Shown here piece by piece: positions 1-10,286 of a DNA stretch of 64,000 nucleotides (position 1 is the first letter of the stretch; each line of letters starts with the position of its first letter). Source of the DNA: an uncultured Pelagibacteraceae bacterium (GTDB lineage Bacteria; Pseudomonadota; Alphaproteobacteria; Pelagibacterales; AG-422-B15); contig CACPLH010000004.1 in NCBI GenBank assembly GCA_902634765.1, positions 20,081-84,080 on the forward strand, written 5' to 3'. The position numbers were made by a program, and so were the translations under genes. The notes under the pieces are model-generated. The model saw only the letters and a list, made by a program, of their open reading frames with translations, did not search any database and was not told the origin of the DNA.

Positions 1-48
1 AGCTTTTATAAATGCTTTCTTGATTGAGTCTGTGAAACTTATTGCCAT
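1..48 (-). CDS. N-terminus of a gene running off the left edge (possibly a DUF805-like membrane protein)
   Basis: ATG at 48 (minus strand) opens MAISFTDSIKKAFIKA with no stop before the edge; divergent from atuA. Confidence 0.35.
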   Translation of the reverse strand, partial: MAISFTDSIKKAFIKA

Positions 49-99
49 GAGTAAGAAAATATAAGTTTTTTTAAAAAAAATATATATACTTCCTATCTT

Positions 100-1887
100 A
101 TGACAAAATCAATAAGAATAGGTGGAGCTAGCGGTTTTTGGGGAGATTCTGTTATTGCTACTCCTCAGTTACTTAATGGAAATTCTCTTGATTTTATCGT
201 CTATGATTATCTAGCTGAGATTACAATGTCTATTATGGCTCGAGCTAGAAGTAAGGATCCGTCAAAGGGTTATGCTACTGATTTTGTATCCAGTGTTATG
301 AAATTAAATTTAAGGCAGATAGCGGATCAAAATATTAAGATATTATCAAATGCTGGTGGAGTGAATCCGAATGCATGTGCAGATGCTTTACGAGAATTGA
401 TTAATGAACAGAAATTAGATCTTAAAGTCGCTGTCATTTTAGGTGATGATTTAATGTCTGAGAAAGAGACCTTAAACAAAGATAAGATTTTAGAAATGTA
501 TTCTGGAGTTGATTTTCCTGATCCAGATAAAATTGCTAGCATTAATGCTTACCTAGGAGCTTTTCCTATTGCTAAAGCTCTTGAAAATGGAGCAGATATT
601 GTAATAACAGGTAGAAGCGTTGATAGCGCAGTTACATTAGGAGCATGTATATATTCATTTGGATGGAATGAAAATGAATATGATTTACTTTCTTCAGGAA
701 GTCTTGCCGGCCATATTATTGAATGTGGAACTCAAAGTACGGGCGGTAATTTTACAGACTGGGAACAAGTATCTGAAAATTTAAATGATATAGGTTATCC
801 AATAGTTGAAGTTGAAAGCAGTGGCTTATTCACTTGTACTAAATCTAAATCTTCATCTGGCATCGTTAACATTGGTACAGTATCAGAGCAAATGCTTTAT
901 GAAATAGGTGATCCTCAAGCTTATATTCTTCCCGATGTAATTTGTGATTTTTCAAATGTGGAATTAATTGAAATTGAAAAAAATAAAATTCAAGTTTCAG
1001 GCGCAAAAGGGTATCCATCTCCAAAAGATTATAAAGTAAGTGTGACGTATGCCGATGGATTTAGGGGTGGCCATTTGTGTTCCTTTGTTGGGATTGATGC
1101 TGATAAGAAAGCTCAAGTTTTTGGCGATGCAATTTTTCAAAGATCAAAAACAATTATGAGGGCTATGAATATACCTGATTTTGATGAAACAAGTATTGAG
1201 GTAATTGGAAGCAATAGTCAATATTCAACAGATATTGATGAAAGAAACGATAACAAAGAAGTTGTTTTAAAATTTGCAGCTAAACATGAAGACATAAGAG
1301 GTATTGGTATTATGCTTAAAGAATCTGTTGGACTTGGATTAGCAACTCCACCAGGTCTTTCTGGATTCGCTGGGGCTAGACCAAAGCCATCACCAGTCGT
1401 GAGACTTTTTTCATTTTTAATTCCTAAATCAAAAGTGCCAATAAAAATAATTGATGATAAGGAGCATGATATAGAAGTATCACATGGAGAAATTTATGAT
1501 TTCAATCAAACTATTAGACCTTCAAAGCCTGAATACGACGATATCGAAGAAGAGCTTATTGATGTGCCATTAATTGATATTGCTTATGGAAGAAGTGGAG
1601 ATAAAGGAGATAAAGCAAATATTGGGATTATTGCAAGAGATCAAAAATACTTTCCAGCCTTATGTCACTATTTAACTGAAGAATTTGTAAAAAAGTCATT
1701 TAGTAAATTTCTAAAAGGGAACATTGAAAAATTTTTGCTTCCTGGCTCATACTCGATAAATTTTTTACTTCATGATGTACTTGGTGGAGGTGGACCAGCA
1801 AGTTTGAGAAATGATCCTCAAGGAAAAGCTTATGCACAAATACTTCTAAGTAGAAAAATTCCTATTCCTAAGAAACTATTAAATTAA
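100..1887 (+). CDS. atuA: Acyclic terpene utilization protein AtuA family (DUF1446)
   Basis: IRIGGASGFWGDS, DYLAE, GHIIECG and C-terminal RSGDKGD...D.QGK motifs; 595 aa. Confidence 0.9.
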   Translation: MTKSIRIGGASGFWGDSVIATPQLLNGNSLDFIVYDYLAEITMSIMARARSKDPSKGYATDFVSSVMKLNLRQIADQNIKILSNAGGVNPNACADALRELINEQKLDLKVAVILGDDLMSEKETLNKDKILEMYSGVDFPDPDKIASINAYLGAFPIAKALENGADIVITGRSVDSAVTLGACIYSFGWNENEYDLLSSGSLAGHIIECGTQSTGGNFTDWEQVSENLNDIGYPIVEVESSGLFTCTKSKSSSGIVNIGTVSEQMLYEIGDPQAYILPDVICDFSNVELIEIEKNKIQVSGAKGYPSPKDYKVSVTYADGFRGGHLCSFVGIDADKKAQVFGDAIFQRSKTIMRAMNIPDFDETSIEVIGSNSQYSTDIDERNDNKEVVLKFAAKHEDIRGIGIMLKESVGLGLATPPGLSGFAGARPKPSPVVRLFSFLIPKSKVPIKIIDDKEHDIEVSHGEIYDFNQTIRPSKPEYDDIEEELIDVPLIDIAYGRSGDKGDKANIGIIARDQKYFPALCHYLTEEFVKKSFSKFLKGNIEKFLLPGSYSINFLLHDVLGGGGPASLRNDPQGKAYAQILLSRKIPIPKKLLN

Positions 1888-1891
1888 AGCA

Positions 1892-2665
1892 ATGAATGAA
1901 TCTCTTTTAAAAGTTGAAAATATTGAAACTTATTATGGTCCAATTATGGCTATCAGAGGCGTTAGTTTTGAAGTTAAGAAAGGATCAATAGTTACAATTT
2001 TAGGGTCTAATGGTGCCGGAAAGACAACGATTCTCAAAACCATCTCAGGCGCAATAGATCCAAGAAAAGGTAAAATTACTTTAGATGGAAAAGAAATACA
2101 AAAAAAGGATCCAGACAAAATATTAAAACTAGGAATGAGTCACTCTCCCGAAGGAAGAGAAGTATTTCCATATTGCAGCGTACTTGAAAATCTCCAAATG
2201 GGAGCATTTACAAGAAATGACCAGAAAGAAATAAATATAGATTTAGAGCAAGTGTTTAACTATTTTCCAATTTTAAAAGAAAGAATGAATCAGCCTGCAG
2301 GGTTATTATCTGGAGGGGAACAACAGATGCTTTGTATTAGCAGATCTTTAATGAGCAGGCCAAGCATTATGTTATTAGATGAGCCATCACTGGGCTTATC
2401 TCCAAAGTTAGTTAAAGAAATTTTTAAGATTATTGTAAGAATTAATAAAGAGTTAAAAACAACCATACTTCTTGTTGAACAAAATGCGAATATAGCGCTC
2501 AGTAATTCTGATTTTGGTTATGTGCTGGAACTTGGAAGAATAGTAATGGAAGGCGATAGTTCTGAGTTGTTAGACAAAGATGATATTAAAGAGTTTTATT
2601 TGGGGCAGCAAGATGCCGGTATTCGAGGAGAAAAGAGATGGAAGAAAAAGAAAATGTGGCGCTAG
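1892..2665 (+). CDS. livF: HAAT-family ABC transporter ATP-binding subunit (LivF-like)
   Basis: Walker A GSNGAGKT, LSGGEQQM, LLDEPSLGL. Confidence 0.88.
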   Translation: MNESLLKVENIETYYGPIMAIRGVSFEVKKGSIVTILGSNGAGKTTILKTISGAIDPRKGKITLDGKEIQKKDPDKILKLGMSHSPEGREVFPYCSVLENLQMGAFTRNDQKEINIDLEQVFNYFPILKERMNQPAGLLSGGEQQMLCISRSLMSRPSIMLLDEPSLGLSPKLVKEIFKIIVRINKELKTTILLVEQNANIALSNSDFGYVLELGRIVMEGDSSELLDKDDIKEFYLGQQDAGIRGEKRWKKKKMWR

Positions 2666-4461
2666 ATACCGTACCAAAGATTTTTTGGAATGCAGTTAAT
2701 ACAAGAAAGAATAAAACTGCAATGCGTGAGAAAGATCTTGGTATCTGGCAATCAATTTCATGGAGAGAGTATGGAGATAAAGCTAAGTACGTTGGCTTAG
2801 CTTTAAATTCTCTTGGCTTAGATAAAGGCGATGTTGTTTCAATAGCAAGTGAAGGAATTCCTGAATGGTTGTTTACTGATCTAGGTGTTATTTGTGTTGG
2901 AGGTATTTCAAGTGGTGTGTACACAACAGACTCATCTTCACAAGTTGAATATTTAGTTAATGATTCTAAAACTAATTTTTATTTTGCTGAGAATGAGGAA
3001 CAATTAGATAAAATCTTAGAAGTAAGAGATAATTGTCCTTCTCTTAAAAAGATCATTATTTATGACTTAGAAGGATTGCATGATTTTTCTGATCCACAGG
3101 TTATATCATTTAGTGAATTAATTAAATTGGGTGAATCAATTGATAAAAATAATCCAGATTTATTTGAAAGTTTAATGGCAAAAGTAAGCCCTGAAGATAT
3201 TGCTATCCTAGTTTATACATCAGGCACTACCGGCCCCTCTAAAGGAGCTATGATTAGCAATAAAAATATTGTTTATCAAATTAATACAGGGATAAATATA
3301 TTTAAACCGCAAGAAAATGATGAACAATTATCATTTTTACCTCTTTGTCACATATTAGAGAGAACTGTTTCGGTTATGTATCCTCTTCAAACAGCTGCAG
3401 TTATAAACTTTGCAGAAAGCATAGATACTGTACCTGAGAATATTCGAGAAGTATCGCCAACAGGTTTTATTGCTGTTCCAAGAATTTGGGAAAAATTTTA
3501 TTCTTCTATTACGATTACAATGAAAGATGCAACATTCATTGGAAAAGCTTTTTATAAATTTGCAATATCGGTAGGCAGTAAACGAAAAGACTATATTCTT
3601 AATGGAGAACCTGTTCCTTTTACAACTCAATTACTGTTTGGGTTTTGTGATCAATTTGTCTTAAAAAATATTAAAAAACTTTTAGGTCTTAATAATTGCA
3701 GGTATGCGTTGAGTGGTGCCGCACCAATTTCACCAGAATTAATTGATTGGTACTTATCAATTGGTCTTGATATGCGTGAAGGATGGGGAATGACTGAAAC
3801 AGCTGGTATTGGAACTGCTTTTTATTCAAGAGAAATAAAAAAAGGGTGTGTTGGAAGAGCCATAGATGGCTCTGAAGTTCAGATTGCAAAGGACGGTGAA
3901 ATTTTATTTAGAGGACCTGGTGTATTTTGTGGGTATTTAAATAAACCTGAGCAAACGAATGAAACAATTATTGATGGATGGCTTCATACAGGAGATGTTG
4001 GACATTTAGATAATAGCGGTAACTTAAAAATTACTGATCGAAAAAAAGACATTATTATTACAGCGGGTGGAAAAAATATTTCCCCGTCTGAAATTGAAAA
4101 TGAATTAAAATTTAGCGCCTTTATATCTGATGCAGTTGTTATTGGCGATAAAAGGAAATTTCTTTCTTGCTTGATAATGATAGATGAAGAAAATGTAATG
4201 AAGTTTGCACAAGACCATGATGTGCCATTTTCTAATTTTGAGAGTTTATGTAAATCAAAAGAAATTATTGATTTAATTCAGCTTGAAGTTAATCAAGTAA
4301 ACAAGAAATTCGCAAATGTGGAGCAGGTTAAAAAATTTACGCTAATAGATGTTCAATTAACTGCAGAAGATGATGAATTAACTCCAACAATGAAGTTAAA
4401 AAGAAAATTTATTAATCAAAAGTATACTAATATAATTGAAGCAATGTATAAAACTGCTTAA
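2638..4461 (+). CDS. Long-chain fatty acid-CoA ligase (AMP-binding; true start may be GTG at 2656)
   Basis: YTSGTTGPSKG, GWGMTE, TGDVG, DRKKDIIITAGGKN, LTPTMKLKR. Confidence 0.9.
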   Translation: MEEKENVALDTVPKIFWNAVNTRKNKTAMREKDLGIWQSISWREYGDKAKYVGLALNSLGLDKGDVVSIASEGIPEWLFTDLGVICVGGISSGVYTTDSSSQVEYLVNDSKTNFYFAENEEQLDKILEVRDNCPSLKKIIIYDLEGLHDFSDPQVISFSELIKLGESIDKNNPDLFESLMAKVSPEDIAILVYTSGTTGPSKGAMISNKNIVYQINTGINIFKPQENDEQLSFLPLCHILERTVSVMYPLQTAAVINFAESIDTVPENIREVSPTGFIAVPRIWEKFYSSITITMKDATFIGKAFYKFAISVGSKRKDYILNGEPVPFTTQLLFGFCDQFVLKNIKKLLGLNNCRYALSGAAPISPELIDWYLSIGLDMREGWGMTETAGIGTAFYSREIKKGCVGRAIDGSEVQIAKDGEILFRGPGVFCGYLNKPEQTNETIIDGWLHTGDVGHLDNSGNLKITDRKKDIIITAGGKNISPSEIENELKFSAFISDAVVIGDKRKFLSCLIMIDEENVMKFAQDHDVPFSNFESLCKSKEIIDLIQLEVNQVNKKFANVEQVKKFTLIDVQLTAEDDELTPTMKLKRKFINQKYTNIIEAMYKTA

Positions 4462-4493
4462 TATTAATAACTAAATTCAATTGGAGATAAAAA

Positions 4494-5654
4494 ATGCTTA
4501 AATACGCAATATCTGTTCTTACTATATTATTTTTTAATTTTTCTGTTTTTGCTGATCAAGGCATATCCGATAAAGAAATTAAGATTGGAATGCATACAGA
4601 TATTAGTGGGCCAGTTTCTTCTTTCGGCAAATATTCTGTTGAGGGAGTAAAGATGAGAATGGATGAAATTAATGAAAATGGCGGTATCCACGGAAGAAAG
4701 CTTGTTTTATTTGCAGAAGATCATCAATATCAGGTGCCTAGAGCAGTACAGGCGGCAAATAAACTTATCAATAAAGATAAGATTTTTTTGATGTTAGCAA
4801 GTCTTGGAACGCCAATGAATAATGCAGTGTTTCAAATGCAAGAAGCAAAAGATATTCCAAACCTGTTTCCATTATCTTCAGCAAGATCTATGACTGATCC
4901 ATTACATCGATTAAAATTTGGTGCGTTATCATCATACTATGATCAAATTAGATCAGGGGTAAAATGGGCTGTTGAAGACCAAGGTAAAAATAAAATTTGC
5001 GTTCTATATCAAGATAATGATTTTGGACAAGAAACTTATGATGCAGTTATTGACCAGCTTTCATCTATGAATCTAGCTCTTCATGAGAAGGCTACAAATA
5101 AACCAACTGATACTGATTTAACATCTCAAATTACTAAATTAAAGAATGCTGATTGTGAAGCTGTGGCAATGGGAACAATTGTTAAAGATACAATAATTGG
5201 CTATGCAAAAGCAAAACAAATGGGATGGGATGCTCTTTTCTTTGGTCAAGTTGCAAGTTTTCACCCTGTTATAGCTAGTCAACCTGGTGGAATAACTGAT
5301 GGGTTTTATACTTTTGCTCAATTTGATACGCCAAGCAAAAGTTCCTGCTCCGAAGAAATCTGTAATTGGATTGATAAGTATGAATCCTTATTTGGAAACA
5401 CTCCTAATATTGGCTCTGCCTATGGCTATATGTATATGGATGTAACAGCTAGAGCTCTTGAAATTGCCGGACATAATTTAACAACAGAATCATTTATTGC
5501 AGCTCTTGAAAGTATAAAAGACTATAAGATACCTTTTGGTGAAAGTATTTTGTCATGGGGACCAGATAAACACTTAGGAGCAAATGATGCATTTTTATTT
5601 GTTGTTCAAGATGGTAAATTTATTCAAGTTGATGATGTGATGTATACTTATTAA
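4494..5654 (+). CDS. ABC transporter substrate-binding protein (LivJ/K-type periplasmic fold)
   Basis: Signal peptide then QGISDKEIKIG, GGIHGRKL, EDHQY. Confidence 0.88.
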   Translation: MLKYAISVLTILFFNFSVFADQGISDKEIKIGMHTDISGPVSSFGKYSVEGVKMRMDEINENGGIHGRKLVLFAEDHQYQVPRAVQAANKLINKDKIFLMLASLGTPMNNAVFQMQEAKDIPNLFPLSSARSMTDPLHRLKFGALSSYYDQIRSGVKWAVEDQGKNKICVLYQDNDFGQETYDAVIDQLSSMNLALHEKATNKPTDTDLTSQITKLKNADCEAVAMGTIVKDTIIGYAKAKQMGWDALFFGQVASFHPVIASQPGGITDGFYTFAQFDTPSKSSCSEEICNWIDKYESLFGNTPNIGSAYGYMYMDVTARALEIAGHNLTTESFIAALESIKDYKIPFGESILSWGPDKHLGANDAFLFVVQDGKFIQVDDVMYTY

Positions 5655-5656
5655 TT

Positions 5657-6814
5657 ATGAATAAATATTTTATTTTATTATTATTCATTTTTACTTCGCA
5701 TGTGGCTTTAGCAGATCAGGGAATTTCTGATACAGAAATTCTTGTTGGTATGCACACAGACTTAAGTGGTCCAGCATCAATGATTGGAAAACAAAGTGTT
5801 GATGGTGCAAATATGCGATTTGATGAGTTCAACTCTAAGGGCGGCGCTTATGGGCGTTTAATTAAATTTATTGTTGAAGATCATCAGTATACTGTTCCTA
5901 GAGCAGTTCAAGCCGCTAATAAATTATTAAGAAGAGATAAAGTCGCACTGATGTTAGGTTCACTCGGTACACCGATGAATAATGCGGTATTGACTGATCA
6001 ACTAAAGTTAAATGTGCCAAATTTATTTCCTCTTACAGCTGCACGTTCAATGTATGAACCTTTTCATAAATTAAAATTTACATCGGGATCTACTTATTAC
6101 GACCAAATCAGAACTGGTATAAAGTATTTAGTTGAAAACAATAATCGTCAAAATGTATGTGTTTTGTATGAAGATACTGATTTTGGACAAGAAATTGTTG
6201 ATGCAACAGAAGATCAATTAGAAGAAATGGGAATGAATTTAGTAGAACGTGCATCAGCAAAGCCCACTGACACAGACTTTACCGCTCAAATCAAAAAGTT
6301 AAAAAATGCAAATTGTGACCTAGTTGCAATGGGAACTATTGTGAGAACAACCATTCTACCTTTCATCAAATCGAAAGAAATTAATTGGACAGATGTTGAC
6401 TTTGTTACCACTTCTGCGAGTTATTATACTGTAGTTGCTGAGCAGCCTAATGGTGTTATGAATGGTTTGTACTGTTTAAATTCCCTTGTTTTTCCATATT
6501 ATGATACCGCCAATAAAGTCGAAAAGGACTGGTGGGATAAATTTAAAAGTATTTATGGATACGATCCAAACACAGGCGCTTTATATGGATATATATTTGC
6601 AGATATACTGATTGAAGCAGTCAAAAGAGCCGGTAAAGAACTTACTGTTGATAACTTTGTATCATCAATGGAATCTATAAAGGATTTCGAAGACCCTCTT
6701 CAGACTGGAAGCGTGACATTTAGTGAAACTAGAAGACAAGGAACAAATATATCCTACTTCTTTCAAGTTCAGGAGGAACGATTCAAAGTAATCTCGGGAC
6801 CCATTGCTTACTAA
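5657..6814 (+). CDS. ABC transporter substrate-binding protein, paralog of the upstream gene
   Basis: Shares ADQGISD, EDHQY.VPRAVQAANKL, SLGTPMNNAV and CxxVAMGTIV with 4494..5654. Confidence 0.88.
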   Translation: MNKYFILLLFIFTSHVALADQGISDTEILVGMHTDLSGPASMIGKQSVDGANMRFDEFNSKGGAYGRLIKFIVEDHQYTVPRAVQAANKLLRRDKVALMLGSLGTPMNNAVLTDQLKLNVPNLFPLTAARSMYEPFHKLKFTSGSTYYDQIRTGIKYLVENNNRQNVCVLYEDTDFGQEIVDATEDQLEEMGMNLVERASAKPTDTDFTAQIKKLKNANCDLVAMGTIVRTTILPFIKSKEINWTDVDFVTTSASYYTVVAEQPNGVMNGLYCLNSLVFPYYDTANKVEKDWWDKFKSIYGYDPNTGALYGYIFADILIEAVKRAGKELTVDNFVSSMESIKDFEDPLQTGSVTFSETRRQGTNISYFFQVQEERFKVISGPIAY

Positions 6815-7439
6815 GAAAGATCAATCCTTGGACTCATCATCAGTACTAATTGCCAACGGCAAAAAACCTAAGAACAAAAAAATTATAGAAATATTAAAAA
6901 ATGCTAAAAATATAATATGCGTTGATAATGGATATGAATTAGCATCAGAATTAAATATTACGCCATCAGTAGTAATTGGTGATTTAGATTCAGTTGATAT
7001 TAATAAAATTAGTAAAGACATATTAATAATTAAAGATGAAGATCAAAATACTAACGATTTAGAAAAGGCTCTCAATTACTGTCTGAGTAAAAATATAAGA
7101 GACATTATTTTGGTTGGGGCAACAGGTGAGAGAGATGATCAAAATTTAGCAACCATTCTCGTTTCACTCGAATATATCGAACAACTGAATATTGAAATAT
7201 TATCAGATTTATATTCAATAGAATTTGTAAATGGCGAAAGAGATTTCGAAGCCATACCAATGAGAGAAGTATCACTTATATCGACGGATAAAGGAAATAT
7301 AATAACAACACAAGGCTTAAAATATAACCTAGATAAATCAAAATTATCATCAGCAACTCATGGTATTAGTAATTATTCGATCGGAGAAAATTTTTCTATT
7401 TCTTGTTCATCTCCATTGATAGTATTTAGAAAATTATGA
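6804..7439 (+). CDS. thiN: Thiamine diphosphokinase
   Basis: IGDLDS, DQNTNDLEKAL, GATGERDD, GLKY, HGISN. Confidence 0.85.
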   Translation: MLTKKDQSLDSSSVLIANGKKPKNKKIIEILKNAKNIICVDNGYELASELNITPSVVIGDLDSVDINKISKDILIIKDEDQNTNDLEKALNYCLSKNIRDIILVGATGERDDQNLATILVSLEYIEQLNIEILSDLYSIEFVNGERDFEAIPMREVSLISTDKGNIITTQGLKYNLDKSKLSSATHGISNYSIGENFSISCSSPLIVFRKL

Positions 7440-8581
7440 ATAGAAAAAATATTGCAATAATTGGTGCTGGAATTTCTGGATTAATGCTTGGATGTATTTT
7501 GAGAGAAAAAAAAATAGAATGTACTTTATTTGAAAGATCAAAAACAATCAGTGAATATGGAGCAGGGATTACAATTTCTCCAAATGGTCTTCTTTTATTA
7601 GAGCAAATTGGTATTCTTGATGAATTGAATAAAAGCTCATGTAATCCTCTCAGTGTATGCTTCAAATATTCAAGTGGAGCTTTAATTAAAAAAATCACAT
7701 CAAATGAATTTGGTAATATTCTGACAACTAATAGAAGAGAACTTATTAGAGTTTTGTTCAATCAATATCAAAACTTAGGTGGGGAAATTATATTTAATCA
7801 TCAACTGGAATTTTATGATGAAAAAGTAAATAAATTAACATTTGAAAATGGAAGCTCTTATATTGCTAATCATGTAGTGGGATGTGATGGAATAAAATCA
7901 ATAATTAGATCTAAAAACTTTAACTCAAGAGAAATCCCTGACTATAGTGGCTACTCTGCTTGGCGAGGTATCGGACTATCTGATAGCAAACACATTAATT
8001 TATACTTTAATTCGAACAGCCATATAGTTTGTTATCCAGTTAATAATAAATTAGAAACAAGTTTTATTGCAGTTTTTAAAGATAAAAATAAAAATCAAGA
8101 AACGTGGAGAAGAGAGGGCACTCATGATGAGCTAAGGAATGATCTTAGTGAATATGATAATTTTTTACAATCGATCTTTAAATCTTCATCTAAAGTATTT
8201 AAATGGGGTATGTATGTTAGGCCTCCACTTAAAACCATATTCAAAGATAATATTACATTACTTGGTGATGCCGCTCATCCTATGTTACCTTTTTTAGGAC
8301 AGGGGGGAAATCTAGCACTTGAAGATGCATATATTTTTGGTTCCCTGTGTCATAAATTTCAATCTAATTTTGAATTAATTCAGCAAAAATATCAGCAAGC
8401 AAGATTGCAAAGGACCAATAAAATTCAAAGAATGTCAAAACAACAGGCTATGGTTTACCACGCTACTAATCCATTAATTACTAGAACAAGAAATTTTTTA
8501 TTAAGAAATACGAATATTGCTAAGATTCGACTGCAAGATATTTATGCTTATAATGCTATTGAGGAAATGAATAAGATTTAG
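7436..8581 (+). CDS. FAD-dependent monooxygenase (salicylate hydroxylase-like)
   Basis: GAGISG, GCDGIKS, LLGDAAHPMLPFLGQGGNLALEDA. Confidence 0.88.
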   Translation: MNRKNIAIIGAGISGLMLGCILREKKIECTLFERSKTISEYGAGITISPNGLLLLEQIGILDELNKSSCNPLSVCFKYSSGALIKKITSNEFGNILTTNRRELIRVLFNQYQNLGGEIIFNHQLEFYDEKVNKLTFENGSSYIANHVVGCDGIKSIIRSKNFNSREIPDYSGYSAWRGIGLSDSKHINLYFNSNSHIVCYPVNNKLETSFIAVFKDKNKNQETWRREGTHDELRNDLSEYDNFLQSIFKSSSKVFKWGMYVRPPLKTIFKDNITLLGDAAHPMLPFLGQGGNLALEDAYIFGSLCHKFQSNFELIQQKYQQARLQRTNKIQRMSKQQAMVYHATNPLITRTRNFLLRNTNIAKIRLQDIYAYNAIEEMNKI

Positions 8582-8585
8582 ACAT

Positions 8586-9392
8586 ATGAATAATCTACCT
8601 GAAACAAAAGCTGTTGATTTAGTGTTAAATGATGAATGGTTAACAATTTCATTTAATCAACCAGAAAAAAGAAATGCTCTTACAGAAGAATTGACCTCAG
8701 ATATCAAAAATATTCTGAGCTCTATTAGGAAAGATATGTCCATTCGAGGTGTTTCGATGAGGGGCGAAGGTGGAGTTTTTTGTGCAGGAGGTGATTTAAA
8801 GAGTTTTAAGTCTGGTTTTCAAGGAGGCGAACAAGCCCTAGAAGATGTTTACAATGCAAGTGCAATGACAGGTGAGTTTTTTGATATGATTAATTCTTTT
8901 CCAAAGCCAGTTATTATGCTTGCTGAAGGTGCAGCTATGGCTGGTGGACTTGGCCTTCTATGTACCGGCGATATTGTTGTGGTAACTAAAGATTGTAAGT
9001 TTGCACTTACAGAGACAACCTTAGGCATACCCCCAGCTCAAATTGCTCCTTTTGTAACAGAAAGAATAGGCCTATCAAAAGCTAGAAGAATAATGTTAAC
9101 AGCAGCAAGATTTTCTGGAAAAGAAGCCTATGAGATGGGTCTAGCTGATTTTTTGGTAGATGACGCGAATGATTTAATTAATATTGAGAATGAAATTAAA
9201 AAAGGTGTTTTAAAATGTGCACCAAAAGCAAATGCAGTTACAAAGGAAATTGTTTTAGCTACTCGCCACCTTAGTCGAGAAGAAATGATTAAATTTGCCG
9301 CTAAAGGATTTTCTGAGCAAATGTTAAGTGAAGAGGGCATGGAAGGTATTGCATCTTTTATTGAGAAACGTAAACCAAAATGGTCTAAATAA
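8586..9392 (+). CDS. Enoyl-CoA hydratase/isomerase (AtuE/LiuC-like)
   Basis: NQPEKRNAL, FCAGGDL, AMAGGLGL, ETTLGIPPAQI, FIEKRKPKW. Confidence 0.85.
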   Translation: MNNLPETKAVDLVLNDEWLTISFNQPEKRNALTEELTSDIKNILSSIRKDMSIRGVSMRGEGGVFCAGGDLKSFKSGFQGGEQALEDVYNASAMTGEFFDMINSFPKPVIMLAEGAAMAGGLGLLCTGDIVVVTKDCKFALTETTLGIPPAQIAPFVTERIGLSKARRIMLTAARFSGKEAYEMGLADFLVDDANDLINIENEIKKGVLKCAPKANAVTKEIVLATRHLSREEMIKFAAKGFSEQMLSEEGMEGIASFIEKRKPKWSK

Positions 9393-10204
9393 TGAATAGA
9401 TCCTTGCAACAGGCTTTCGATTTCTTAGATGAAAGTAATGCTGTTTATGAATTATTGTCTTCACTATCTGACAAGGAATTTAATCAACCCACTCAATTTA
9501 AAGGCTGGTCATTTAATGATGTAATCGGACATCTTCATGTATGGAATTATGCTGCAGATATTTCTCTAAGCGACGGGGAAGATTGGGTTGAATTTTCTAA
9601 TAAGGCATTAAAAGCACTTGGTAGTGGCTCGACTATGAATCAGTTTGAAAGAACGATTACGAATAACATCAAAGGTAAAGAGTTATTAGAAGTTTGGAAA
9701 AACTATTTTACTGAAATGTCACATCGATTTGCTTCTGCTGATCCAAAGAAACGCGTTAAATGGATGGGGCCTGATATGAGCGTTCGTTCTTCAATAAGTG
9801 CAAGACACATGGAAACATGGGCACATGCTCAGGAGTTATATGACTCTCTAGGAGTCAAAAGAATTAATCACGATAGAATAAAAAATATCGTTATCATTGG
9901 CAACAATACGTTCAAGTGGTGTTACACAGTTCATAACAGAAAATTACCGTCTAATGTTCCTTATCTAAAACTAACATCACCATCAGGTGAAATTTGGGAA
10001 TTTAATAATTATTCAGATGAAAACTATATAACAGGATTGGCCGAAGAATTTTGTCAAGTAGTTACACAAGTTAGAAATATAAAAGATGTAAATCTGGACG
10101 TAACTGGCAGTGATGCAAATGAATGGATGTCAATAGCACAATGCTTTGCGGGCCCTGCTGAAACCCCCCCAGCTCCTGGCACCAGAAAAATAGTTGCTCG
10201 ATAG
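9392..10204 (+). CDS. TIGR03084-family metal-binding protein (MDMPI N-domain)
   Basis: GWSFNDVIGHL, ARHMETWAH, FCQVVTQVRN, AQCFAGP. Confidence 0.75.
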   Translation: MNRSLQQAFDFLDESNAVYELLSSLSDKEFNQPTQFKGWSFNDVIGHLHVWNYAADISLSDGEDWVEFSNKALKALGSGSTMNQFERTITNNIKGKELLEVWKNYFTEMSHRFASADPKKRVKWMGPDMSVRSSISARHMETWAHAQELYDSLGVKRINHDRIKNIVIIGNNTFKWCYTVHNRKLPSNVPYLKLTSPSGEIWEFNNYSDENYITGLAEEFCQVVTQVRNIKDVNLDVTGSDANEWMSIAQCFAGPAETPPAPGTRKIVAR

Positions 10205-10286
10205 AGTTATTTGAAGAAAATTTTGTGTTTTATTAGTTAATTCTATGCCTATTTATGTAAATGATTTTGTTATATAATTTATTCAT

